A DNA stretch of 62,915 bases, filler included, from Catajapyx aquilonaris (Eukaryota), in assembly GCA_000934665.2 (NCBI GenBank). It is 3 parts of 3 records of this genome, joined end to end, with 100 filler letters (N's around TTAATTAATTAA, not from the genome) between each part and the next. Parts side by side here need not be neighbours in the genome. Positions count along the whole stretch, not along the records: positions 19,567 to 43,479 come from KZ539546.1; positions 43,580 to 62,915 come from JYFJ02006483.1; 1 more part is not named here. One strand, 5' to 3'. Below the pieces are notes generated by a model. The model worked only from the letters and a program-made list of their open reading frames with translations, ran no database searches and was not told the DNA's origin. A program made the position numbers and the translations under genes. Positions 37,506 to 50,099 of this stretch are shown piece by piece (the stretch's first letter is position 1; every line of letters starts with the position of its first letter).

Positions 37506-37764
37506 AAAACACCACCAGGAGGCGATACTTGTTCTTCTCCATTAATTTCCACCACTCTACCAGAGTGGTCAAATTTCCAGGAGGAGGACCACCCCCTGGC
37601 GTCGGTGTTTAGCCTCGCAGCAGAAATAGGACGACGTTAATTAAAGTGTCAAATTTAAATTAAAGTGTACCAGCAGTGGCTATAGAATAGGGTACCTGGA
37701 TCAGGGCCCAACAAGGTGCAAAAAATATCAGCTTTTATCGAAATTTACTGTAAATATCGGTATT

Positions 37765-38175
37765 TTTTACCCCGTGATTGGCCTACAGAGACCCTGTTGG
37801 GGGGTGGTACACCACCATCAATTTTCATGTCCTATTTTCTTTCCTCCGTTGCATGGGGACAGGATAGGGATAATGAGGGGGGGACACTGGTGCAGGTGCA
37901 ATGTCTCAAGTTGGGGGTCGTGTGCAGTCCCCCAGGGGGCCTGGCTGCAAGACACCCCCCTAGGTGCGGATCAGAAACTCCCACAGACACCGCACCTCCT
38001 CAAGGACAGGAAAAGTATAGGAAAGGAAGGAAGCGGCTGTGGCCTATTTTATGGTACGATCCCGGAATTTTTCCTGGGGGCGACCTTGGAAAACCAAGGT
38101 CCTCCGGGACTCGAAACCAGGACCTCCCGATTAGCAGTCGGATACCATATCCACTCCACCACTACTGCTTCGGTA
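37765..38175 (-). mobile_element. tRNA(Ser-like) SINE, long variant
   Basis: TSD taaata(t/c)cggtatt (37751-37764, 38176-38189); head accgaagcagtagtggtggagtggatatggtatccgactgctaatc. Confidence 0.85.
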
Positions 38176-38909
38176 TAAATACCGGTATTATAAACTATAC
38201 GAACTATGGATGAAATGCATCCAAAATTAATTGAAATATGTTGGATCCAAGATGGCGTTTGAAAGGTTGATTCCAGACATGAAACTTTCATTCCCGATAA
38301 TATTATACTGGGTTCTCGAGCGCATCTCTCGCCTCCTGGAATTACCCTTCGACATTTCCTAGTTTTTTTACCCTCTTCCGCCTTCAGTAGTCCTTTTTTT
38401 CATAGCTCCCATAGGAGTCCTTTACGATCTATTTGCTTACGAACATCACAAATGACGCGTGTCGAGTCATAAAATGAGGCTTCGTCTCGTCAACAGCCAT
38501 GGCTTCTTTAGACGGATCTTCTCAAGAGTGACAGACACGTTCGAATATATATTCTAAAAGTTCAACTATGGTGTTCTCTACTCTTCCAACTTGTGTGGTT
38601 GCCAATACGGAGGAAAATGTCTGCCATTTTGCTCCACGGAATGTGGTCATTCGTATTCAATGGCGCCCAATAAGGAGTCACAACAATCGGATCAGATTGA
38701 GCAGGATAAGGAGATTCTCCAAAAACAGGACCGTTTTCTTGCTCTTTGGACGCGAACATTTGCATTTGGATTTTGGATGGAATAATTTGGCGAGTAATTT
38801 TGGCACGCGACGGTTGGTACAAGGTGAGTTCAGAAGCTGGCGAGAAATGGTGTTAGCGTGAAAGGCATTTTAGCGTGGGCGAGATATCAACAGTCAAAAT
38901 GGGGTGAGA

Positions 38910-39700
38910 CTCTCGCTCTACTTCACGTTCGGTGATGTTCTCGCTGATTTTCTCGCTCATGTTCACCCTTAACGTTCACGCTTACGTTCACGTTCACGCC
39001 CTCTCTCCCTCAGGTTCATGTTCTCGCTCTTGTTTACGCTTACGTTCACGTTCACGCTCTCTCTCCCTCAGGTTCATGTTCTCGCTCTTGTTCACGCTAC
39101 AGTTCACGTGCACGTTCATGTCATTTCTGACGTTCTCGCTGACATTCTCGCTGATTTTCTCGCTCATGTTCACTTTTACGTTCACGTTCACGCGCTCTCT
39201 CCCTCAGATTCATGTTCTCGCTTTTGTTCACGCTAAGGTTAACGTGTACGTTCATGCTATTTCTTACGTTCTCGCTGACGTTCTCGCTTAGGTTCATAAT
39301 CTCGTCCACGTTAACGGTAGCGTTCACATTCACGTTCACGTTCATGGTCTATCTCAGGTTCATAATCTTTCTCATATTCACGCTAACGCTCACGTTCACG
39401 TTCTTTCTGGCGTACTCGCTTAGCTTCATAATCTCGCTGATGTTGTCGTTCACGTTCACGTTTACGTTCATGTCATCTTTGACTTTATCGCTGACAGTCT
39501 CGCTCAGGTTCATGCTCTCGTTCATGTTCACGTTTACGTTAATGTTCTAGCCGACGTTCTCGCTCACGCTTTCGCTCTGGTTCATAACCTCGCTCATGTT
39601 CACGCAAACGTTCACTTTCATGTTCTCGTTGGCGTTCTCGCTCATATTCATGCTCTCGCTTTCGTTCACGCTCATGCTCACGCTACATCAGATTCTCGCC
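38910..39700. repeat. Hexamer-periodic tract (CACGTT/CTCGCT)
   Basis: About 800 bp of degenerate ttcacg/ctcgct/catgtt hexamers with longer internal duplications. Confidence 0.85.
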
Positions 39701-40619
39701 AGCTCTTGTTAACACATTTGAATTCTCTACCTCAAATGTCATGTTGCAACTTACATTTCCCATAGGTCTGACAGTCATTCCAATCTCCAACCAGCCCTAA
39801 AGACGCCCGTCTGAACCTACTGTAGCTTTGAAAGTTCTGGGCGTTACCAAAACTTCCTCCAACGCCATCTGTCAGTGGTAAGAAATTTTACGACCCAATA
39901 TTTCGCGCATAACGGTATAGGGAAAAAAAGAAACGTGAAATTGAACCCGGCATCTGACAGTTTGATTTCTGTCTCCGGAATTTGCGAGGTTAGCTTAAGA
40001 CCCTCCCATTCCACTTACTTATCGAGAATATTCAGCAAAATCCGGGAAGAAGACCTGAGGTGGCTTAACCCCCTCCAGATCTTATCCACCATTTTTGATC
40101 CACCTTCTTTTAAAGTGTGGAGCAGCTATTTAAGAAGGTAGAAGCGGCCATTGGTTATTTAGAGAGAGAGAAAAAAAATTGGAATGATAATAATTACTGG
40201 TCAGCTCATTTCGCATGTTGGCAGAAATTTTTGCGTGCTTAGAACCTCCAGCTTCCAAGGTTGCATTTTGGGTAGGTGGGCCAAAAACGATTCGTTTATT
40301 ACCGTGATCAAGTTCAAGGGTGGTCTGCGTGAGTGACCATGACCAGGTTACGTCACGTTTTGCAATATGATCGAGGTCATGTTATGACTTTTTATCCCCA
40401 GTTTCTGACCTTAAAATTATTGTGTTTTGCATAAAGCTATTTCTGATTTCCGATTTTGTTTTTGATCGAAAAATAATGTTAATGAGGCATAATTTGGAGT
40501 TATAATTTATGTTAGTAAGTATTAGTAATAATGATTACTGGAAAGGGGACAAAACAGTCATTTGTGGTAACGTAGGACATTTTTGACCCTCATGAGCATA
40601 ATTATATTCTTACGCATTT

Positions 40620-40926
40620 ACCGAAGCAGTGGTAGCGGAGGGGATATGGTATCCGACTGCTAATCGGGAGGTCCTGGGTTCGAATCCCGGTGGCCGCTGA
40701 CCCTGACCGTGGTTTTCTGTGGTTTCCCATGGTCTCACCAGGAAAATTCCGGGGTCGTGTCCGTAATTATAGGCCACAGCCGCTTCCTTCCGCCCTATCC
40801 CATCCCCATATACGAGAAGTAAAAACGAAAGCAAGAGTTCCAGATAAAAAAATATGGTGGTATCCCACCCCCCTAAGAGGGACCATGGCTCTAGCACGGG
40901 GTACAAATTATTATTATTATTATTTA
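40620..40926 (+). mobile_element. Full-length young tRNA(Ser-GCT-like) SINE
   Basis: Perfect 17-bp TSD tatattcttacgcattt (40603-40619, 40927-40943), A and B boxes, (TTA)n tail. Confidence 0.92.
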
Positions 40927-43264
40927 TATATTCTTACGCATTTTTGTACACGTGAAGCTTATTTTAAAGAACTTTTAGTCTACTGGGGTTCCAATTGACC
41001 CCACGTCACTACTAGATTTAACGTAACTTTAAACCCTTTAAAAATGTAATATGATTTCCAGCAATTTAATTCTACAGTACATTATCTCTGGAACGCACTA
41101 AACAACAATCTGACAAAACAACTGTTATGTTTATTAGTTGTGGGTAAATAAGTTCAGGCTTTTATCTTTAGCATCATTTCCCAGTGGAGAAATTTTGCTC
41201 ATGAGTGGCAACTTACTCGGGCTCAACTTTACCCATTATCTTAAGGACAACCCACTCGGAACAATGACTTGCCAAATATATGGGGCCTCCACATTTTGAG
41301 CCAAATTTGCACTCTACACAGCGCACTATGCGTAAATTCTTATAATGGTCCTAGTTTTTAGCACCGCCTCTAGAGAGGTTTTATATATAAAAAAACTAGT
41401 ACTCACTTTAACAACAATCAGTAATAGTGTTTAACATTAATGGCAATGCGGATATGAACACAATGCGTCAAAATCACTGCAGAAAAACTATTGTCAGGAT
41501 ATCTCAACAATGTTTCCTTTTGTTAGAGCTACCTATAGATAGAATCAACAAAAAAAAGTGGTGACAAGTCTGGAAGGATGTAACCAACCGTGAGTCTCGG
41601 TGGTGGGGTAGGGAGGGGACGATGGGAGGGAATGAAGGGTGGGTGGTAGGGGAGTAGGATAAAAAATGGGAAGTACTATAGTCGACTAGAATGTACTATG
41701 GGGTCGGACAAGAGGCGGGACGCGGGTTGCAAAGTGGGCTTGTCTAGACCGCCCTTTCTTTTTTTTTTTGATAGGGACTAGTGTCGGCCGCCTAAATTCA
41801 TTAATTAGTCGCTTGATACGACACCGCAGAGGCAGGCCTGTCACTCATTGGTGGAAGGACCCTGAATCCTCGGACTTAAGAGCGACACCTGCCTTGCCTT
41901 TAGGAAAACTTGAAAAGGGTGTAAATATGACAAGGAGATGTCTTAAAGGGTGAAAAATTGGAGCTTAATTGGGGACGCCATTTTTGCTCATAATTGAACG
42001 TCTAATTGCACGACAAATTTATATAATTATGTGCATGAAACGTACATATATAAACAGAATAAAGTAGGGTAATGAGTTAAAAGCCTAATAACACGTTAAA
42101 TTTTATAATTAAATTAGTTGAGAATGGGTTGGATTCTTCGCTGAAATATTTCAAGAAAATATGCAATATTAAAATATTTAAATTCTGAATGTATTAAATA
42201 CATTTCCTAAATATCTTAGCATATAACTTTTATTAACTGTATTTTGAATCACACTCATTCACTAAAACACCAACATAAGTGTCGCTGTATTTTATATTCG
42301 AAAATAAATACCTACAGATTAATAGCATATGAAATAACAATATATGTAATCTGAAAATATGGATTGACAATATTTTACATATTTCATGTTAATATCAAAA
42401 TATTTAATATTAAAATCTTAGCTATCAAAATGTTTTTAAATACATATTTCATATAATATAAATCATATCAAAATATAATTATTTTTCGCATCACTTATTG
42501 AGAAACTATTTATGCATGCTCAATTACAACCGAATAAGACCTGAATTGTATTCAATTTGTCCTGCCAAAATTTGACGACAATCTTTGTGACAATATGGCG
42601 TCACCCTTCACCTCCTCCTCCCCCCTTAAAAACTGTCGTAGAGCCAAAAATCGATGAGAAATCCGGGACATCTAGAGCCTCCGTATCATAGTCCTTATTC
42701 GCACGTTAGACAAGTCCCCNNNNNNNNNNNNNNNNNNNNNNNNNNNNNNNNNNNNNNNNNNNNNNNNNNNNNNNNNNNNNNNNNNNNNNNNNNNAGTATC
42801 GACAAGTGTAATGTAGGTCAGTCTTTGCCACATGTGACGTCAATAATTCAAACCCTAATAACCAAGTCCCCCCCCCCCTACCCAAATACTGGGAAAAACA
42901 ATGCCGAAAAAACGGTACAAATCAATAGTTGACGACATTTTAATTTCCGTACCCATTTTCTTAGAAATTATTTCTTTTTTGTGTCTCTCAACAATGGATT
43001 CTAAGAAAATGTTATATTATGCCAAAAATATTAGAACCCTGTCAGAGCAGACCCGGAAATCTGACCCAGTTTCTGGATCCGGAACTGGTCACGGATCGGA
43101 TCGTTACTTCCTCAGCCGCTACCGCCGTTAATTAATCCCAGGTACCACGCTGGGCTGGGTAATGAGCCAGGTGTTTAATACCTTCAACATGCCTTTTTCG
43201 GGCACCAAAAATTACCTTTAAATTTTTTGTAAAAAAAAGAAAGAGGAGAGAAAGACAGAAAGAT

Positions 43265-43479
43265 TTATGACGTCACTGCCGGAAATGACACCACTCGTGA
43301 CAAAGTGACGTCCCAAATATAGTCTCGCTACATTGTGACATCACTAATGATCTGTTCGCTGCATTATGACGTCACTAATGCTCTGTTCGCTTGGTCGTGA
43401 CATCACTAATGCTCTGTTCGCTTGGTCGTGCGTCACTAATGCTCTGGTCGCTTGGTCGTGCGTCACTAATGCTTTGGTC
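43265..43479. repeat. CRE-rich tandem repeat of about 31 bp running into a gap
   Basis: Units tgac(g/a)tcactaatgctctgttcgcttggtcg; TGACGTCA at 43268 and 43367. Confidence 0.75.
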
Positions 43480-43579
43480 NNNNNNNNNNNNNNNNNNNNN
43501 NNNNNNNNNNNNNNNNNNNNNNNTTAATTAATTAANNNNNNNNNNNNNNNNNNNNNNNNNNNNNNNNNNNNNNNNNNNN

Positions 43580-44134
43580 TTTCATAGCAATCTGAAGGCG
43601 TGTGTCAATAGAACAGTCTTGTTGATTGACACTTTGTGTTAATGTACCATTATCAAGGTGAAAACCCAAAATACACCGACAAATTTTTACACCTCCTGAA
43701 AGTAGACTTCAAGACCTTTCTTTTGGTGCAATTTCATTAAAATTTGAGGATACACATTTTGGGAATGAGCTGTGAAAGTTTCAAGGTCATGCCAACAAAT
43801 GTTATTGATTAATGTGTGAAGATATGATCTCAGCGCAAATCTGACAGCATTTTTGGAATCGGAAGGTTTCTGTGCATAAGTACAAATATTTTCAACTTTC
43901 TACACCAATTAGTTAACACACAATAAAATATTTTGAAAAACAAGTCGTGCCTTCACAACTCTGCCGCAGCCATTTTCACCCTCATTTCCCTGGCTATAGC
44001 TCAAGAACTGTAAGAGCTAGGAGGCTAAAATTTTCAGGATATTAGTTTCTCAGTACACAGTTTGCCCAGTTAAAATTTCAATAAAATCTGAGATGGTGGG
44101 TGACATGGCTGGATGTACTGACATGGAATGACCC
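43580..44134. mobile_element. End of a Sola2-like non-autonomous element
   Basis: Terminus ...tgacatggaatgaccc (reverse complement GGGTCATTCCA), similar to gggtggttcca at 61257. Confidence 0.4.
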
Positions 44135-44136
44135 TT

Positions 44137-44497
44137 TAGGGACTTCTACGGGTAGACAAGGAAAACAGTTTCCAAGATGACCGATACGGTCATCTTGGAA
44201 ACTGTTTTCCCTGAACGTGTAAGTATAGCTGTTATTATTTGTAAAATATCTTATAATTACCTTCAGAGTACATGCAAGCCAAAAAAAATCTAGGCGATGG
44301 CAGTATAGCTATACTCTGCCTGCGGCGATCCTTTTGGGAATTAATTTAGGGACTTATTGACGAGGAAACTGCTTCCAAACACATACATCATGGATTAATA
44401 AGGTGGGCGTAGAGCATGAACGTGTAAGTAGAGCTGTTATTATTAGTAAAATATCTTATTTTTTATCTTCAGAGTCTTGATCAGAGTACATGTAAGT
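44137..44497. mobile_element. Two tandem fragments of the piggyBac-type MITE arm
   Basis: gtaagtatagctgttattatttgtaaaatatctt..cttcagagtacat resembles 10728-10795 and occurs twice. Confidence 0.55.
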
Positions 44498-44504
44498 TTA
44501 ACAT

Positions 44505-44680
44505 AAGTAAAACTTCCCTAAGTCGAACTTCCCTAAGTCGAAGTTCTCTATAAGTCGAAGAAAATGATGAGCTTCCCTAACTCGATTTCTATAACTCGAA
44601 GTTCTCCATAACTTGAAGTGCTGGCAGGGCCTTACGATGGGATATCAATGCATTTTCAGTCTCCCTAAGTCGAAGTTCAT
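44505..44680. mobile_element. pogo/Tigger-like element end with subterminal repeats
   Basis: Repeated cttccctaagtcgaa / tctataa(g/c)tcgaag motifs. Confidence 0.45.
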
Positions 44681-46166
44681 GTTGGCGAGTACGGAAAATT
44701 TTCTCATTTCTCAGCTGAAGGGTCAAGAGTAGGCAACATGCACAGAAAGGCTCAATTTCCTGATCTCCGTCTACCAGTAATGACTCATGCCATACGAACC
44801 GGATCCCATGGTCCCAGACATATTACGCAACCTCCCTCGTCTCAAAATAATAGGCCTTTTTCTGTCACCGCGATCTGCCAGGTATCGGTACTGCATATAT
44901 TTTGATAGTGCATTCTATCAGAGTAGCAACTCGAAACCATATGAGGAGGTGACAGCATGTCGACGTTTGATAAGATTATCTAAAGTGATACCGGTACAGA
45001 ATGTAGTGTTCGTAAGTTAGTATAGGACTCAATATTTCAGAACGTTTATCTCGCGCTGTGCAAGGTGTTGAAAACCAGCTCGGGATTAAGGTGTAACTTA
45101 TGGTCCAAGACTGAAAGTGGGATTGTGAAATAAGAATTTACATGCCGCCTTTATGAGCCACAGAACACCGTAGTACTAAGGAGAGAACACTAGTGATTGG
45201 GATGTGAGTAACTTGTACAGTACAAGGTACAGTATCAGGAGTGAATGTAGATTTTTCCTTCTCATAATATTACTACTTGTTGCACATGTAGGCTACTGAT
45301 AACTGACACATTTGAAGATAGGTTGACAAAGGTATGTGTCAGTAAAATTTTCCACCAATCCGTGTGTAAATAGGTGACTTTATATCTATCTATTTTAATA
45401 GCCTCATGTTAGCCTATTATGCATATCAGTAACCATCATAATAGTGTATGATTCCATATTTCAGGATATGCAAGTACTGAAGTAGGCTATCTTATTCAGT
45501 ACCTTTCGTACCTTACACAGTAGAGAGCGTAGAATTTGCTCTCCATGTCAGAGACTACATGATTGTATAGTCGAACAGATGGATTTCTCTCATTTCAAAA
45601 ATAATTCTAATTACGTTACAGAGGTGTGAGAGTTCCCACCCTTGAATAGTACAGTAGGCTACTTTTAACGTAAACACTCGGCTCGAAATTGGTGTTCATT
45701 TACTGCCTTTTTGGCCTAGTTTGTATTAAACGAGTACCGGTAACAATAATGAGCATAGTGAACTGCATTATTGGTACGAATAGGGCATTCTGATGCAGGA
45801 CCTTATAACACGCCTTCTCGATGTAATGTCCAAGGTTCAGTGCATGAAAGACGTCGCGTTGTGTGAACCAGACGGGGACATACCAATTCAAATATGATTG
45901 TCCAGGATTAGCATATACTAGCATGTACAAAAAGTTCCCCTTCATTTATGATCATGTGATTAACACCAAAGTAGCAGAAGAGACAGATCGGTCAGCTTTC
46001 ATTTTGACTCAACCTTGTGTTCGCAAATGTCTCTCATTCTATACATTTTGTTTGTTGTCATTGTTTGTTGCGAAATAATATTTCAGATCTTCAAATGAGT
46101 CAGCCCAAGCCATTCAGTGGGTTAATATGCAATCTATAGCCTGATTTTGTTTGTACAGTGACTATT

Positions 46167-46328
46167 ATGACGGATTACTACCGAGGGTCATTTTCCGGAA
46201 GTACAGGGAGCAGCAGAAGCAGCAAACAGTATTCGAGTCGAAGCAACAGTCAAATATCTCAATTCATACAGGAAGCTATTGACTCACGTCAAATCGACGA
46301 CCGAAATTGGTCCTGGAGGTTTCTTCGG
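46167..46328 (+). CDS. Adenylyl cyclase coding exon 1
   Basis: MTDYYRG...RNWSWRFLR|gtatgg; the acceptor at 46158 implies an upstream UTR exon. Confidence 0.75.
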
Positions 46329-49300
46329 GTATGGAATTAGACCTCCAGTTTAATGCCAGTTTAATGCGTCTGCTGCTCTCTAACATCATGTTTTGTTTTG
46401 TTTCTTCAGAAAACGTTTCGCAACAAAAATTTGGAACGTCTCTATGATCGGTACCAGCGTAGACTTCAACATGCATTCTTCTCAGTGTATCTCTTATTTG
46501 CAATGGCCGTACGAGTAGCATATATCACAGTTCTGCTAATCCTCAATTCGGTGAGTCTGTTCAGAAACACCTTTCTATTTCGCATCCACACTTTTAAGTT
46601 TTAAACAATGTTTGTCCCCCACCCAGAAAAATTTCGTCCTATTTTTTTTGCATGATTTCTTCCTTATGCTTAAAGAGCATTTGGGCTGATCTAGTTGACA
46701 TTTTATTATTCTGTATAATTATGTTTCCACTGGTATATTTTGATGGTGGTTATTAGCATGAACCCTTCAATTTAAGGCCAACCTTCAGTCAACGGTGCCG
46801 GAAGTGGCAGCTCAAGCCGCATCTTTCTGCACATGTTTGGCAGTACTGGTATTGTTATGCGATGACACAATTTTCCAGCGAAGACCCATACTGCAAATTG
46901 TATTCTCATGCGTGATTACTACCATGCTGGTATGTACCGACAACATACTAGCCATTTTTCTGTCATACCATGATAATGTGGACAGAACTTCGTGGGGTTT
47001 TGTGTACTTGGTGGTGGTGTATGTGTACTTGCCATTGCCGAGGAAATGGCACGCTGCACTGTGTGGGGCCATGGTATCACTGGCTCATCTTCTCACCGTC
47101 AGTATTTTCATCTACATCGGAAATGATGCCACAAGGCGGGTAGGTATACATCGGCATTGGCTGATTTTCCACTTGCTGAACAAACCATCCTTGACATGAC
47201 GAATCATATGCGACCTTTATACTGTATAACTCTGAATTTCACTTTGCATACGCGGAAATATCAGGAGTATCGTGATATATTCTTTATACAGTAGGCCTAT
47301 ACTGTATACAGTAAGTATTACAACATGCCTCATAAAGAATTTAGGTCTATTTTTAACGCCACATTTAGTCCCCTCTAACCCTCGAATTTCCCTTTATCTT
47401 CTTGTTGATGGCATGGACATGTTCAGCAAGGGTGAAAATGTTCAATACTCTTATTGTTATTCAAACTATTTGTTTTATAATGCCAAAACTGGACATTTTC
47501 GCTACCCTCTGTTTAAAAATTGCAGAACGTATATATGCTACGAGGTATAAATTTCGAAAGTTTCATTTACGTGTGTTTTTATTTTATTTAGATCATTGCC
47601 GATGTGATATTTTACACTTGCGCAAACGCAGTCGGTCTTTATTACCGATTCATCTTGGAGATCGCAATTAGGAGAACATTTCTGGACAGAAGGGCATGCA
47701 TTGAATCTACGTCTAAACTAAAGTGGGAAAAGGAGCATGAGGTACAGTATATTGTACGCAACAGTGGGAGAAATTACGTACATACCACATTTGGAGACAA
47801 ATAACTTATTTTCTTCTTGCAGGAAAAATTGCTTCTCAGTGTGATACCAAGGCATATTGCTGATAAAGTGTCTGCAGATATTCGCGCTGTTATTCGCGAT
47901 CTGGAATATCACCAATACCACGTACAAAAGAATCCATTGCAAGTAAAAGTGCTGTCGCACTTAGATAGTGTTTAAGATCTGTTAATAAGCATGGATAATT
48001 ATTTACATACAGTAATCTAGATAGTGACCATTACGCAAAATGATGCCTAAACTTTAATTTTTCAGGTCAACATGACACAACCATTGTTTTCATTGTTATA
48101 GAACATTGTTACAATAATATTGGCAACATCTTTAGGGCGTTACACTCGTAGAAATCAGAGCGTAGAATATATTATTGTACGTACACTTGAAATCTTGCTG
48201 AAAAGATAGATTAATTTTAGTGTCACTTCATAACATTCTTTATCAAGGTTGCGACATTAATGCACCTTATGTACAGAACAGGACATTTTTAGTTGCGTTC
48301 TAGTAGAGAACTTACATTTTTTTACATGTTTACTATTAGGGCCTACAGTTTGCTTATTCCTGTAGTAAGTTATAAAGAGTCTTATGTTGTGTAAGACATG
48401 AAGGAAATTCACAGTACATACAAGCTTGTTCTAATACACAGTAAAAGGCTTTTCCACAAAATATTGAATAGTTAATACCAAGATAATACCGACTTATCTT
48501 TTTCTTATCATTATTATCCCTGAAAAGGACCTCCCTATACAGTATCAGTGTGCCACACTGTACACAAATATACAAAGTACAGTACAATAATATCACTGCT
48601 GTAGCCTAATAGTGGGAAATATGAATCAATTAGTACTGTTGCCAGACTGTGATTGACTTTGCATTCAATATCATTACCACCAACTTCCATAAAAATATGC
48701 CGGTTCACAGCACTTATAATATACAGTATATAAAATTTATCCTTAGACACCTCTTTTGATGTAACTATAATGTAATACAATGTAACGTATACAGTACAAA
48801 CTGAAAGTCATAAGCATAAAATTCAGCGGGCAAATAATTTCTGCATAGTAATAAATCACTCATCATTTAAATCTCCATACATTTTTTCAGGTTTACAAAA
48901 AATCCCTGTCCCGACTGATACGGTTTTTCCACCAAGTTGTGTAAATCCCGTTGTAGCAAAACTCCGTTCCAATGGCCCAAAAGGGATTTTCAACTCCAAA
49001 ACTTGGTGGCATAAACTCACCGATACGGACTGGGATTATGTAGAAAAGTGATAAAATGAATGAAGATTTGTCCTATTTCTGTGTAACAATATTTCTTTCA
49101 GTGCTAGAATTATGCGCTAATTCATTTCGGAACCTTGCCATGTAAATGTAATTAAATGCATATGACCTTATTAGAAGTAGTTCAGGTTGAGAATATTTTA
49201 TCCCAGTGGTTCCCAACCTTTTCTGGGTCTCGACCCCCTTTTTTGATAGTCAAGTAACCTGCGACCTCTCCCCCCGCCCCCCCGCCCCCCGAGTAGGTGT

Positions 49301-50036
49301 TGAAAAAAAAACCTTCGCGATGAAATTTCCTTTAAAATAGCTTGATTTTTATAAAATTTTAGTAATTTTTTTTCAATTATAAAAATTTCCGCTGCCACGC
49401 GCGACCCCCTGGAAAAGGCTTCGCGACCCCTTTGTGGGAATCTTCATAGTTGTAGAAATCTTCATTTCTAAAACCCGAAAACCTCAAAAATCAGAAAGTT
49501 TTTAAAGTGGCTTATAATTATGACGCTCCACAAATGGAAATTCCATGCGAATATAAAACATGACTAGCCTGGATACAAATAAATTATCAAATTTTAAAAT
49601 AAAACTACCTCCAACGTTTATGTATAACCTCTATTAAGAAATTCAGATAGAGATCGTGTTCAAGCATTTATCCCATCCCATATGAAGACCTCGGGGAGGA
49701 GCGATCAAGGTCCACTTTTTGTCAAAAATGAGTTAGCCTACATATCTCAGAAGATAGTTTCACTAGTGTAGAATATGATGGTTTGGTCGTGGTTGTGGAG
49801 TAAGGGTCATAGGTCACTATGGAAGACCCCGAAAGTGGGATTTACAATGGAACCTTATGGGTCTTCGAAATTTGAAATAGGAATATCTCAGTTTTACCTG
49901 AGGTGGACCTTGATCGTCCTTCTCCCGAGGTCTTCATGTGTCCTATATTTTATAGGCACAAGTTATCAAATATTTAAAAATCCGCAATCCGAAATACTTC
50001 CGGTCCCAAGCATTTCGGAAAAGGCTTTCTCAACCT

Positions 50037-50099
<63 letters not shown>

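Noticed and set aside
38200..38870. Possible transposase or other coding remnant
   Set aside because: Short ORFs on both strands with no recognisable motif.
36470..39550. ORFs of 100-160 aa that look like membrane or beta-solenoid proteins
   Set aside because: Open frames on both strands follow from the hexamer periodicity; no splice or domain support.
40620..40695. tRNA-Ser(GCT) gene
   Set aside because: No proper acceptor stem or variable arm; it continues into a SINE body and tail and is flanked by a TSD. The same holds for the other tRNA-like heads.
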